The translations under genes and the position numbers were made by a program. Positions 14,471 to 23,370 of a stretch of 64,000 bases of DNA are shown here, in pieces. The DNA comes from an uncultured Acidobacteriota bacterium (GTDB lineage: Bacteria; Acidobacteriota; Vicinamibacteria; Vicinamibacterales; 2-12-FULL-66-21), in contig CAVVSF010000002.1 of the NCBI GenBank assembly GCA_963750915.1, positions 394,303 through 458,302 on the forward strand, in the 5' to 3' direction. Position 1 is the first letter of the stretch; each line of letters begins with the position of its first letter. The notes below the pieces were generated by a model that worked only from the letters and a program-made list of their open reading frames with translations, had not been told where the DNA came from and made no database searches.

Positions 14471-16057
14471 CTACCTGGAGCCGGCCGCCGGCTCGAACCG
14501 CTTGAAGAAGCTCGACGCCTTCCATTGCGGCCGCGCCGCGCGGTTCGCGACGTCCGCCGACAGCGCGCCGACGAACTGCGTGAAAGTGATCGCCGCGCCC
14601 AGGTCGACCGGCTGCTGCAGGTCGTCCGACGGCTGGTGATAGCGCTCCTTCGTCCACTTCGCATCGATTGCGGCCTCTGGAGACCCCGGCTCGAAGCCGA
14701 CCTTCATTGCCAATGACGGCACGCCCTGCCGGATGAAACTGTACTGATCGGAACGCGTGAAGCGGTTACGCTGCGGCTCGGAATCGCCGGCGACCGCGAG
14801 CCCGCTGGCCGCCGCCACTTCGCGCACGCGATCGCCGAGATCGGACTCTTCCAGCCCCAGCACCATTACCGACTTCATCGCGAAGAGCGGCAGGAACATG
14901 TCCATATTGATGTTGGCGACGATGCTGGCCTTCGGAACGGTCGGGTTGCCGGCGAAATAGCGCGAGCCGAGCAGGCCATGCTCCTCGGCCGTGACGGCCA
15001 CGAACAACGTGGACCGCTTCGGCCGCGGCGTCGTCGCTGCCAGGTGCCGTGCCACTTCGATCAGCGTCGCGATCCCCGACGCATTGTCCATGGCGCCGTT
15101 GTAGATGCGATCGCCGTTGACCGCGGCGCCAACGCCAACGTGATCGAGGTGGGCGGTCAGGACGACATGCTCGGCTGCCAGCGCGGGATCGCTGCCCGGC
15201 AGCAGCGCGGCGACGTTGTCCGATTCAATTGGCGTCGATTCGAGCGTGACGCGGGCGCGCAACGTTGCCGGCAGCACAAACGTCGGCAGCGGCTGCCGCT
15301 CCCCGGCGAGCGCCAGCAGCTCCGCGAACGGGTGGCCGGATCCCGCGAACAGGCGCTCGGCGCTGGCCGGGTTGACGCTGGCGCTGAATTTCATCCCCGC
15401 GAGGTCGTTGAAGCGGGGATCGACGAGTGTCATCACCGGATTCAGGCGGCTCGGCGCCGTCCGTTCCCACGGCTGCTCCATGGTTTTCGGGTTGAGGATC
15501 GAGAGTGCGCCGATGGCGCCCGCGGCCTTCAGCGACGGCCAGCGAACGGACCAGTTCTGGTAGTGCGCCGCCGGCGCTCCGTTGATGCTCGACGGCGTGC
15601 CATTGATGAAGACGACGACCTTGCCCTTGAGATCGAGTCCTGCCAGATCGTCGTGTCCGGCGTCCGGCGCCGAAATTCCGTAGCCGGCGAACACCAGCGG
15701 CGCGTCCACGGTCGGCGCCAGCTCCGCGCGCAAGCTGATGGTCACGTCCTCACCAAACCGGAGCACGTCGTCCGTGCCGCCGCGCACGAGCGCGACCCGG
15801 GACTGCGCCTCGACGATGCTCCGGCGCATGAACTGCACGCTCTGCAGGTAGCCCTGCGTGCCGGCGGGTTTCAACCCGGCTCGCTGGAATTGTTCGGCCA
15901 CGTACGACGCCGCCTTGCGATAGCCGTCAGTGCCGGTCTGCCGTCCTTCGAGGCTGTCGTCGGCAAGCGTCGTGACGTGAGCCCACCAGCGGGTCTGATC
16001 GGCGCCAGCCGGGGATGGGCCCTGGGCGCCGATGGGGACAGCCACTAGAACCGCCAA
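14471..16057 (-). CDS. M28 family aminopeptidase with PA domain; N-terminus apparently frame-broken
   Basis: Zn-peptidase motifs LTAHLDHVG, NGAMDNASG and AVTAEEHGLLGS. The uninterrupted ORF begins at TTG 16057. An ATG at 16088 sits one base out of frame. Removing one A would give the signal peptide MSTRWLGLVALAVLVAVPIGAQG. Confidence 0.85.
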   Translation of the reverse strand: MAVLVAVPIGAQGPSPAGADQTRWWAHVTTLADDSLEGRQTGTDGYRKAASYVAEQFQRAGLKPAGTQGYLQSVQFMRRSIVEAQSRVALVRGGTDDVLRFGEDVTISLRAELAPTVDAPLVFAGYGISAPDAGHDDLAGLDLKGKVVVFINGTPSSINGAPAAHYQNWSVRWPSLKAAGAIGALSILNPKTMEQPWERTAPSRLNPVMTLVDPRFNDLAGMKFSASVNPASAERLFAGSGHPFAELLALAGERQPLPTFVLPATLRARVTLESTPIESDNVAALLPGSDPALAAEHVVLTAHLDHVGVGAAVNGDRIYNGAMDNASGIATLIEVARHLAATTPRPKRSTLFVAVTAEEHGLLGSRYFAGNPTVPKASIVANINMDMFLPLFAMKSVMVLGLEESDLGDRVREVAAASGLAVAGDSEPQRNRFTRSDQYSFIRQGVPSLAMKVGFEPGSPEAAIDAKWTKERYHQPSDDLQQPVDLGAAITFTQFVGALSADVANRAARPQWKASSFFKRFEPAAGSR

Positions 16058-16155
16058 CGCGACAAGGCCGAGCCAGCGCGTACTTCATACGCCGATCATA
16101 GCCTGCCGCCTTGGTTGCGGTAGCCGCAGGCCCAGACCCTGCAGCCGTCCAGCGG

Positions 16156-18672
16156 CTATCGCCCGGCTGTGCGCTCGGCGCCGACCTTCTCGAGCCCCGC
16201 GCGGGCCTTGTCGACGTACTCCATGTCGGCGGCGGCGAACGTGCCGGCATCCTGCAACTTCTTGTAAATCTCGAGAGCGCTCGTGTAGTCGCGTTCGGCG
16301 GCGGCCAGATCTGCGGCGCGCGAGGCGCCGCGCGCTGCCTGCGCGAACTCGAGGTACGCATCGCCGCGCCCGGCGTGCGCGATGCCCAGCGCGAAGCGCA
16401 GCTCGTAGTCGCTTGGATTGGCGGCGGTCAGCTCGCGGCTGATGTCGACCGCTCGCGAATGGTTGGCGAGCGACGGCTCGCGCATGCCGAGCTTCGCCTG
16501 GAGCGTGGCCTCCCGGTTGAGATCCGAGGCGAGCTCCTGCTTCATGTCGCTGCTCTGGGGATCGGCGGCGACGAGGCGGCGATGAATGTCCGTGGCGCGC
16601 TGTTGCTCGGCAAGCCCTTCGGCTGGCTTATCGATCGCCTCCAGCAGCTGCGCGATCTTGGAGTATCCGATCGCGAGATCGTTCTGCGCGGCGGCGTTGG
16701 TTGGATCGCCCTTCGCCTGCGCCTCGTAGACGGCGAGGCTGCGCCGCTCCCGCGCCAGTGCCTCGTCGACGCGCTTCATCGCGAAGAGGACGTCGGCGGA
16801 GTTGCTCTCGGCGACGGCGTGGTTCCGACGAAGCATCGCATTGCTGGGAAAGCGCGCCGACGCTGTGCGGAAGATCTCCGAGGATCGCTCGAGCGCCGCG
16901 AGGGCGCCGGCATGGTCCCCGATGTTCGGCGCGTTCGGGTTGCCGAGGGTATTTCCGAGCTTCTGGTAGGCGACGCCGAGTTGCCGGATGTTGGCGACAT
17001 CGTCCGGGGCGGCGGCGATGACCGATTCCATGATCGCCAGCGCGGTTCGCCGGTGCTCGAGGGCGCCCGTCACGTTGCCAGTCGCGGCCAGCATGTCGCC
17101 GACGCGCGTGTAGCTGGCGACCAGCGCCCGGCGTGCGGCGGGCGTGTCCGTCGCATCGGACGACACTTCTCGCTCGATCGCCAGGCTCTTCTGCGCGAAC
17201 GACAGCGAGGCGGCGGTGTCGCCCGCAGCCGTGAGCACGTCGCTGAGCCGCATGTAAGCCAGCGCCAGCTCCCGTCGCATCGCCTCGTCGCGAGCCGTCT
17301 CACCGCCAATCGATTCATAAAGCGAGACGGCCTTGCGATAGCTCGCGAGGGCGCCGGCCGTGTCGCCGAGGTTGGGCGTGAAGGGACGGCCCTGCACGTC
17401 GCCGACCTTGAGGTACGCCGCCGCGACCTCGCGGCGAAGATCGACGCGATCGCCGGCGTCGTTCGCGAGCCTGTCCAGGTACTCGAGCCCCTTGCTGACG
17501 ATGAGCTTGCGCGCCGGCGTCGAGCCCTCGAGATCGGCGATCGAATCATGGAAGTCGAACAGGAATGCGTTGGCCAGCTGGCGGACGTCGCCGAATCGCT
17601 GCTCGGCGCGGGCGCGCGCCAGGCGCGCCTCGCGCGCCTGCCACGTCGTGCCGATGATGCCGGCGACGAGTACCGCGAACGTCGCGGCGACCGCGGCCAC
17701 GACAGCGCGATTGCGTCGCACGAACTTGGTGGTGCGGTAACCCCACGTGTCCTTCCGCGCGATCACTGGCAGTCCCGCGAGGTGCCGACGCACGTCCTCG
17801 GAGAACTGATCGACCGAGGCATACCGCCGCGGCGGCTCCTTGCTCAGCGCCTTGAGGATGATGTTGTCGAGATCGCCGGCAAGCTGACGGCGCAGCCGGT
17901 CGACGTCGACCGTCAGGCGGCGGTCCCGCTTCGAAGCCGCCGTAGAGTCGTAGTGATGCGCGCTCTGCGTGACGGCATCGCCGGCCGGCTGCGGCTCGAT
18001 GGTGGTGATTGCCGTGCTTGGACGCATCGGCTCCGCTTCGCAGACGATGCGGACGATGTCGGCCGGCGCCCGGCTGGTGAGGCGATAGGGCAGTCGGCCG
18101 GCGAGCAGCTCGTAGAGCAGCACGCCGAGCGAGTAGACATCCGTGGCCGTGGTCACCGGGTCGCCGCGTACCTGCTCGGGGCTGGCGTACTCCGGCGTCA
18201 TCAGCTGCAGCCCGGGAGCGGTCGGCGCGAGCGTCTGGCCCGCGAGCTCGGGATTCAGCAGCTTGGCGATGCCGAAGTCCAGCAGCTTGGGTGTGCCATC
18301 GGCGATGACGAGCACGTTGGCCGGCTTGATGTCGCGGTGGATGATCAGGTTCTGGTGCGCGTACTGAACCGCGGTGCAGACGTGCCGGAAGAGCTTCAGG
18401 CGCGCGGCGGTGTCGAGCCGGTGCGTGTCGCAGTAGTCGACGACCGGCTGTCCTTCGACGTACTCCATGGCGAAGTACGGCCGGCCGTCCGGCGTGCTGC
18501 CGCCGTCGAGAAGGCTGGCGATGAACGGGTGCTCGAGGCTGGCGAGAATCTGACGTTCGTGCCGGAAGCGGCGGACGATGCTGTCGGTGTCCATGCCGCG
18601 CTTGAGCACCTTGATCGCGACGCGCTTCTGGAACGCGTCATCGTCGCGGACGCCAAGATACACGGTGCCCAT
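16156..18672 (-). CDS. Ser/Thr protein kinase with TM segment and C-terminal TPR array; N-terminus apparently frame-broken
   Basis: Kinase motifs VAIKVLK, HRDIKPANVL, DFGIAK and SPEQ. TM helix AVVAAVAATFAVLVAGIIG. Long TPR-like C-terminus. The first ATG lies inside the Gly-loop (GHGGMGTVYLG). The loop and the preceding residues are encoded in frame upstream but without a start codon. A GTG at 18787 comes into frame if the G7 run at 18773-18779 is one base shorter. Confidence 0.9.
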   Translation of the reverse strand: MGTVYLGVRDDDAFQKRVAIKVLKRGMDTDSIVRRFRHERQILASLEHPFIASLLDGGSTPDGRPYFAMEYVEGQPVVDYCDTHRLDTAARLKLFRHVCTAVQYAHQNLIIHRDIKPANVLVIADGTPKLLDFGIAKLLNPELAGQTLAPTAPGLQLMTPEYASPEQVRGDPVTTATDVYSLGVLLYELLAGRLPYRLTSRAPADIVRIVCEAEPMRPSTAITTIEPQPAGDAVTQSAHHYDSTAASKRDRRLTVDVDRLRRQLAGDLDNIILKALSKEPPRRYASVDQFSEDVRRHLAGLPVIARKDTWGYRTTKFVRRNRAVVAAVAATFAVLVAGIIGTTWQAREARLARARAEQRFGDVRQLANAFLFDFHDSIADLEGSTPARKLIVSKGLEYLDRLANDAGDRVDLRREVAAAYLKVGDVQGRPFTPNLGDTAGALASYRKAVSLYESIGGETARDEAMRRELALAYMRLSDVLTAAGDTAASLSFAQKSLAIEREVSSDATDTPAARRALVASYTRVGDMLAATGNVTGALEHRRTALAIMESVIAAAPDDVANIRQLGVAYQKLGNTLGNPNAPNIGDHAGALAALERSSEIFRTASARFPSNAMLRRNHAVAESNSADVLFAMKRVDEALARERRSLAVYEAQAKGDPTNAAAQNDLAIGYSKIAQLLEAIDKPAEGLAEQQRATDIHRRLVAADPQSSDMKQELASDLNREATLQAKLGMREPSLANHSRAVDISRELTAANPSDYELRFALGIAHAGRGDAYLEFAQAARGASRAADLAAAERDYTSALEIYKKLQDAGTFAAADMEYVDKARAGLEKVGAERTAGR

Positions 18673-18887
18673 GCCGCCGTGACCGATCTCCCGAATCAGG
18701 CGGTACGGGCCAAGACGTCCCTCCTGCCCGGCATCGGCCGGAACACCGGGCGTCGGGGTTGGTACGGGCGTCGGGGGGGAAGCTCACGGGCAGAAAGAAT
18801 ATACCGGCCGGGCGCACACCTCGACTGTTCGCTGCCTGCCGCAGGGTATACGATGCATCGTCATCGAATCGCCCAAGGGAGGCAAAC

Positions 18888-19649
18888 ATGCGGAGATGGT
18901 TGAATGCTGCAGTCGCCGTCGGCGTCGTCCTCGCGACGACCGTTCCTGGCCTGACCGTTACCAACGGCGTCCCGGACGGGAACCGGCACCCCTACGTCGG
19001 CATCGCGCTGCAAGCGGCTCCCGGCGGCGGATTCTTCGTCTGCTCGGGCGCCGCGCTGTCGCCGACGAAGTTCCTTACCGCGGCGCACTGCTTCGATCCG
19101 GACCTTCCCGCGCTCGTCTCGTATGCGTCGCAGCCGCCGTTCGCGGTCGTCCAGGGCACAGTGCACAACGATCCCGAGTGGTGTCCTGGCTGCGGTCCCG
19201 GGCTCCAGGGATTCGATACACACGACGTCGCGGTCATCACGCTCGACACTCCGGTGAATCCCGGCGCCTTCGCAGAGTTGCCGGCCCCGGGACTCGTAGA
19301 CTCGCTCCCGATGCGCACCGAGGTGGACATCGTCGGCTACGGCGTGCAGGGCTTCATCCGCGGCGGCGGGCCGCCGGAGCAGGTCTTCACGGCGATCAGG
19401 TACTTCGCGCCCAGCCTGCTCGTTCAGAGCAATAACCTCTCGAGCCAGGAGTTCATCAAGCTGACCGCGAATCCCGCGCACGGCAAAGGCGGGGTGTGCT
19501 TCGGCGACTCGGGTGGCCCCGACATTCTGAGCGGCACCAACGTGGTCCTCGCGGTGAACTCGTACGTCACCAACGGGAACTGCGCCGGCGTGACTTACTC
19601 GAACCGCGTCGATCTCCCGGAGATCCTCAGCTTCATCAACAGCTTCTAG
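18888..19649 (+). CDS. secreted S1 (chymotrypsin-fold) serine protease
   Basis: Signal peptide MRRWLNAAVAVGVVLATTVPG. Catalytic motifs TAAHCF, HDVAVITLD and GDSGGP. AAGGGAGG Shine-Dalgarno upstream. Confidence 0.9.
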   Translation: MRRWLNAAVAVGVVLATTVPGLTVTNGVPDGNRHPYVGIALQAAPGGGFFVCSGAALSPTKFLTAAHCFDPDLPALVSYASQPPFAVVQGTVHNDPEWCPGCGPGLQGFDTHDVAVITLDTPVNPGAFAELPAPGLVDSLPMRTEVDIVGYGVQGFIRGGGPPEQVFTAIRYFAPSLLVQSNNLSSQEFIKLTANPAHGKGGVCFGDSGGPDILSGTNVVLAVNSYVTNGNCAGVTYSNRVDLPEILSFINSF

Positions 19650-19665
19650 AACCAGGAACGCGCGC

Positions 19666-20478
19666 GTGACCCGGATGCTTGGGCTCGTCGTCATCGCGCT
19701 CGGACTGGTGTTGCTGCTGTTCTGGGGCTCTCAGCGCCGCATGATCTACCACCCGTTCGGGGCCGTGCCGCCGCCAGCGGCGGTCGGCCTCGAACGAGTC
19801 GAAACCGTCACGTTCCAGACCGAAGACGGTTTGACGTTGAACGGCTGGTTCGCGGCGCCGGCCGCGCCTGCGACCGGCGACACGGTCGTCGTGTTCAACG
19901 GCAACGCCGGGAACCGCTCCTTCCGGGCGGACCTCGCGCGCGGGCTGGTCTCGACCGGCGCCGCGGCGCTGATCTTCGACTATCGCGGCTATGGCGGTAA
20001 CCCCGGTTCGCCCTCGGAGGCCGGCCTGGCGCGCGACGCGCGCGCCGCCCGGCGCTTTCTCGAGTCGCGGGCCGATGTCGACCCGCGGCGCATCATCTAC
20101 TTCGGCGAATCGCTTGGCGCCGCGGTCGCTGTCGGCCTCGCGCTCGAGCAGCCGCCGCGCCTGCTGATTCTCCGATCCCCGTTCACGTCGCTCGCAGACG
20201 CGGCGCGGTATCACTTCCCCTATCTCCCGGTCGGCCTGCTGCTTCGCGATCGGTATCAGTCACTCGATCGAATCGGCGGTGCCGCGTGCCCGATCCTCGT
20301 GATCGCCGGAACGCGCGACAGCATCATCCCGGTAGAGCAGAGCAGAAGGCTGTTCGAGGCGGCACGCGAACCGAAACGGCTGGCGATCCTCGAGGGTGCG
20401 GATCATAACGATGAAGCCCTCAACGCCGGACCGGAATTGATGAGGGAAGTCTCCGGCTTCCTGCGCGACGGACGATGA
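19666..20478 (+). CDS. alpha/beta hydrolase
   Basis: N-terminal TM helix. GxSxG nucleophile elbow (GESLGAAV). C-terminal GADHND. Confidence 0.75.
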   Translation: MTRMLGLVVIALGLVLLLFWGSQRRMIYHPFGAVPPPAAVGLERVETVTFQTEDGLTLNGWFAAPAAPATGDTVVVFNGNAGNRSFRADLARGLVSTGAAALIFDYRGYGGNPGSPSEAGLARDARAARRFLESRADVDPRRIIYFGESLGAAVAVGLALEQPPRLLILRSPFTSLADAARYHFPYLPVGLLLRDRYQSLDRIGGAACPILVIAGTRDSIIPVEQSRRLFEAAREPKRLAILEGADHNDEALNAGPELMREVSGFLRDGR

Positions 20479-20508
20479 CCGTCGCATCGTGATTGAATCG
20501 GTGGAGGC

Positions 20509-21156
20509 ATGAGCAAGGCATTCACAAGGGAATCAGACGGCGACGGTCCGGAGAACGACGAAGAGGACCAGATCGCCGAACAGGCGGAAGCCGCCGCGGT
20601 TCCGGCCGGCAGGAACTACATCACGCCGACCGGCCTGAAGCGGCTCAGAGATGAGCTGAGGTTTCTCCTCAGCCGGGAACGGCCGGCTGTGACCGAGGTG
20701 GTTGCCTGGGCTGCCGCCAACGGCGACCGCAGCGAGAACGCCGACTATCAATACGGGAAACGGCGCCTGCGCCAGATCGATCGTCGAATCCGCTTTCTCA
20801 CGAAGCGCATCGACGCCGCGGAAGTGGTGGATCCCGAAACCGCGCGAGCCGGGCGGGCCCTGACGCACGTGTTCTTTGGAGCCACCGTACGCTTTGCCAA
20901 CGCCGCTGGTACGGAGCGGGTCGTGAGCATCGTCGGCGCTGACGAGATCGATCTGGATCGCGGCTATATCAGCTGGGTGTCGCCGCTGGCGCGCGCGCTG
21001 ATGAAGTCAGGGCCGGGCGACCAGGTGGTCCTGCATGCTCCGGGCGGCTCGGAGGAACTGGAGATCCTGGAGGTTCGTTATCAGCGCATCCCGCTGGATC
21101 CGTTCAGCGAACCGCCGGGCGCGGAGGCCGCGACGAAGAACCAATCCTCGCGTTAG
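20509..21156 (+). CDS. greB: transcription elongation factor GreB with acidic N-terminal extension
   Basis: Close to E. coli GreB as recalled from memory (AAANGDRSENADYQYGKRRLRQIDRRIRFLTKR; GYISWVSPLARALM). Confidence 0.9.
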   Translation: MSKAFTRESDGDGPENDEEDQIAEQAEAAAVPAGRNYITPTGLKRLRDELRFLLSRERPAVTEVVAWAAANGDRSENADYQYGKRRLRQIDRRIRFLTKRIDAAEVVDPETARAGRALTHVFFGATVRFANAAGTERVVSIVGADEIDLDRGYISWVSPLARALMKSGPGDQVVLHAPGGSEELEILEVRYQRIPLDPFSEPPGAEAATKNQSSR

Positions 21157-21183
21157 CGGTCTTCTCGCTGTCTGCGGGAACCG

Positions 21184-21214
21184 GGCGGCGAGCGCCGTAA
21201 CGACGCTCGCCGCC
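21184..21214. terminator. stem-loop between convergent greB and EF-hand genes
   Basis: GGCGGCGAGCG-(9 nt loop)-CGCTCGCCGCC gives an 11-bp perfect stem. No strong U-tract. Confidence 0.5.
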
Positions 21215-21229
21215 TCATTCAACCCTGCG

Positions 21230-22366
21230 CTAACGGCTTACCGATATCGTCGCGCGGTACTCGCCGGCGTTATCGGCGAAGTGGTCGTCGTTGACGGACA
21301 GATACAACCGGCCGCTCGCGGGCGCGACGAACGTGCGGCGATTGCCGACGAGCACGGGCGCGCCGTTGTTGATTCGCGCGATCAAGGCGCCGGCCGGGTC
21401 GTTGCGCAGCGGCGCTGAGTCGGCTCGGCGGCCGGTGCGCGAGCCGGCCGGTTCGGCGATGTCGTTGCCGTTGCCGCTGAGCGTCACGGTGCCGCTCGCG
21501 TCAATCGAGATACGATCCCCGCGACTGACAGTGATGCCGGTGTCTACCCAGCCGCGCGCGGCTTCGACGACGATCCCCCGGCCCGAGGTGCCTGCGGTGC
21601 CCACCGCACCGCCGCTCGCCCCCTGGAGCTCGGTGTTGGTCAGCTCACGCCGAGTGAGCCGGCCGTCGCCGTTCTGGTCCTGCTGCGCGAAGCTGCGGCG
21701 CGACCACTGCCACTCGTCCGTCGTGATCGCGTTGTCGTTGTTGTTGTCGAGGCCGCCGAAGAGATCGGACTGGTCGGCGTCGTCGCCGACAACTTCCGTC
21801 CGGCTGAGGACGCCGTCGTCGTTGCGGTCCAGCCACTCGAACGCGTCGCGGCTCGCGTGCCACTCCGACCGCTCGACGCGGCCGTTGTTGTTGGCGTCGA
21901 GGTATTCGAAACGATCTTCGCGATCCGCGTCGACGTCGGAGCCGAGAAACTCGGCGCGCGTCAGCACGCCGTCGTCGTCGACGTCGGCGCGGATGAAGCC
22001 TTCGCGGTCGTAGAACCACTCTGCCCGCTGAACCCGCCCGTCGCGGTTTCGATCGAGAGTGGTGAAGCCGCGCTCGGTCCAGTTGCGGAACTCGGGCCGG
22101 CGCGTCTGATCGAAGTCCTCCTCGACCGCTTGACGTGAAGCGCCCGGCCGGACCTCGTCGCCCGACAGGATGCCGTCGCCGTTCCAGTCATGCCGACGGA
22201 ACGACTGGTCACTGCCGCGCCACTCTGCGCGTGCGATCCTGCCGTCGCGATTCGCGTCCATTCCCTCGAATCGCATCTGCGCCTGCTGCGGCTCGCCGGC
22301 GGCCGCCAGCGCCACGCCACTGAAGCCCATCCATATCGCCGTGACTATTAATCCTCGATGTTTCAT
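21230..22366 (-). CDS. secreted protein with about 8 EF-hand Ca-binding loops and a C-terminal PA-IL (LecA)-like lectin domain
   Basis: Signal peptide MKHRGLIVTAIWMGFSGVALAAAG. Repeated DxNxDGxIxxxE loops (DANRDGRIARAEW, DWNGDGILSGDE, DRNRDGRVQRAEW, DVDDDGVLTRAEF, DANNNGRVERSEW, DRNDDGVLSRTE, DNNNDNAITTDEW, DQNGDGRLTRREL). The C-terminus (GDRISIDASGTV...GALIARINNGAPVLVGN...GRLYLSVNDDHFADNAGEY) resembles PA-IL as recalled from memory. Confidence 0.75.
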   Translation of the reverse strand: MKHRGLIVTAIWMGFSGVALAAAGEPQQAQMRFEGMDANRDGRIARAEWRGSDQSFRRHDWNGDGILSGDEVRPGASRQAVEEDFDQTRRPEFRNWTERGFTTLDRNRDGRVQRAEWFYDREGFIRADVDDDGVLTRAEFLGSDVDADREDRFEYLDANNNGRVERSEWHASRDAFEWLDRNDDGVLSRTEVVGDDADQSDLFGGLDNNNDNAITTDEWQWSRRSFAQQDQNGDGRLTRRELTNTELQGASGGAVGTAGTSGRGIVVEAARGWVDTGITVSRGDRISIDASGTVTLSGNGNDIAEPAGSRTGRRADSAPLRNDPAGALIARINNGAPVLVGNRRTFVAPASGRLYLSVNDDHFADNAGEYRATISVSR

Positions 22367-22569
22367 GGCCACTGCCTCCCTCCGCTCCCAGGAGGGCAGA
22401 AACCATGCCGTCTCGGCAACGCTAAACAGGCCGTGTTTCGCGCGAATCGTCATGCGCTCGAGCTTGCGAGAGGCGCGGCCGTTCTCAATTTTGGTCAGCC
22501 GCTCGCCGATCGATTCCGATCGAGATCACCGGCCGACGGCTGGCACGAGACCACTGCCGGGCCTGGTTC

Positions 22570-23091
22570 TCATCTCGACAATACGCCGGCCTCGGCCGCC
22601 TGGTTCGCACGCTGCAGCGCGTCAGGCATGACGAACTCGTGTTCGGGGTGCCGCACGGTCAGTACCGGGCACGGCGCCTGCCGGATGACCTTGTCGGCGA
22701 CGCTGCCCATCAGCACGCGGTCGAGGGCGCCGCGGCCAGTTGCGCCGACGACAATGATGTCAATCGCGGTCTCGCGGGCGTAATCCGCAATCTCTTTCGC
22801 CGTGCTGTGGCCCTCGCGCAGCACCGCGACTGCCTGCAGTTCCCGCCGGTCGTCCTCCCTGAGCGTGCTTTCGAGCTTTTCCCGGCCGGTCCGCGCGATC
22901 TCCTCGCGGAACGCGCTCGGGGGCAGGAGGCCGGCGCCTTCGGCGTAGCTGAAACGACTGAAGTCGTCGACGACGTGCACGAGATGCAACTGCGCGTCGA
23001 ACGTCCGCGCCAGGGCGCGGCCGTAGATGAGCGCGGTCTCGGCAACAGGACTGAAATCGGTAGCGACGAGCACCTTCTGGATGTTGATCAT
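22570..23091 (-). CDS. universal stress protein
   Basis: KVLVATDFSPVAETALIYG...IIVVGATGRGALDRVLMGSVADKVIRQAPCPVLTV. Start placed at MINIQK. Confidence 0.85.
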   Translation of the reverse strand: MINIQKVLVATDFSPVAETALIYGRALARTFDAQLHLVHVVDDFSRFSYAEGAGLLPPSAFREEIARTGREKLESTLREDDRRELQAVAVLREGHSTAKEIADYARETAIDIIVVGATGRGALDRVLMGSVADKVIRQAPCPVLTVRHPEHEFVMPDALQRANQAAEAGVLSR

Positions 23092-23142
23092 GATGCCCTC
23101 ACATGGCGCCGTTGACTGAGGCTGGCGGCCGCAGTCTGTCAC

Positions 23143-23158
23143 CGCAACGTCCGTACCG
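23143..23158 (-). promoter_or_regulatory. weaker sigma-54 promoter candidate for the USP gene 22570-23091
   Basis: The minus strand reads CGGTACGGACGTTGCG. GG and TTGC are at consensus spacing, but the -24 element is GGTAC rather than GGCAC. It lies about 52 nt upstream of the ATG at 23091. Confidence 0.35.
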
Positions 23159-23322
23159 CAAGAGACCGGCCTGCAGGGTGTGTTGAGTCGACCCGGCCGC
23201 CGGGATTTCTACGCACCGCCGCGCGAAAGTTCGCAGGCCCGGCCCCCCCGGTGCCGGCCGCGGCGGCCGACCACTTCGCAATAGCTGCGTCGCCGCGTCG
23301 CAGCACGCCGCGTGGCGAAGCA

Positions 23323-23338
23323 AGGCACGCGGATTGCA
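23323..23338 (+). promoter_or_regulatory. sigma-54 (-24/-12) promoter candidate for the tandem USP gene
   Basis: AGGCACGCGGATTGCA matches TGGCAC-N5-TTGCW with correct GG-to-GC spacing. It lies 33 nt upstream of the ATG at 23371. An NtrC-type activator is encoded 2.3 kb downstream. Confidence 0.6.
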
Positions 23339-23370
23339 CGACCTGGTGCGGAACCCATCCGGAGGCTGCC

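Noticed and set aside
22541-22558. TGGCACGAGACCACTGCC as a sigma-54 promoter.
   Set aside because: The GG-to-GC spacing is 2 nt too long, and no downstream + strand gene exists.
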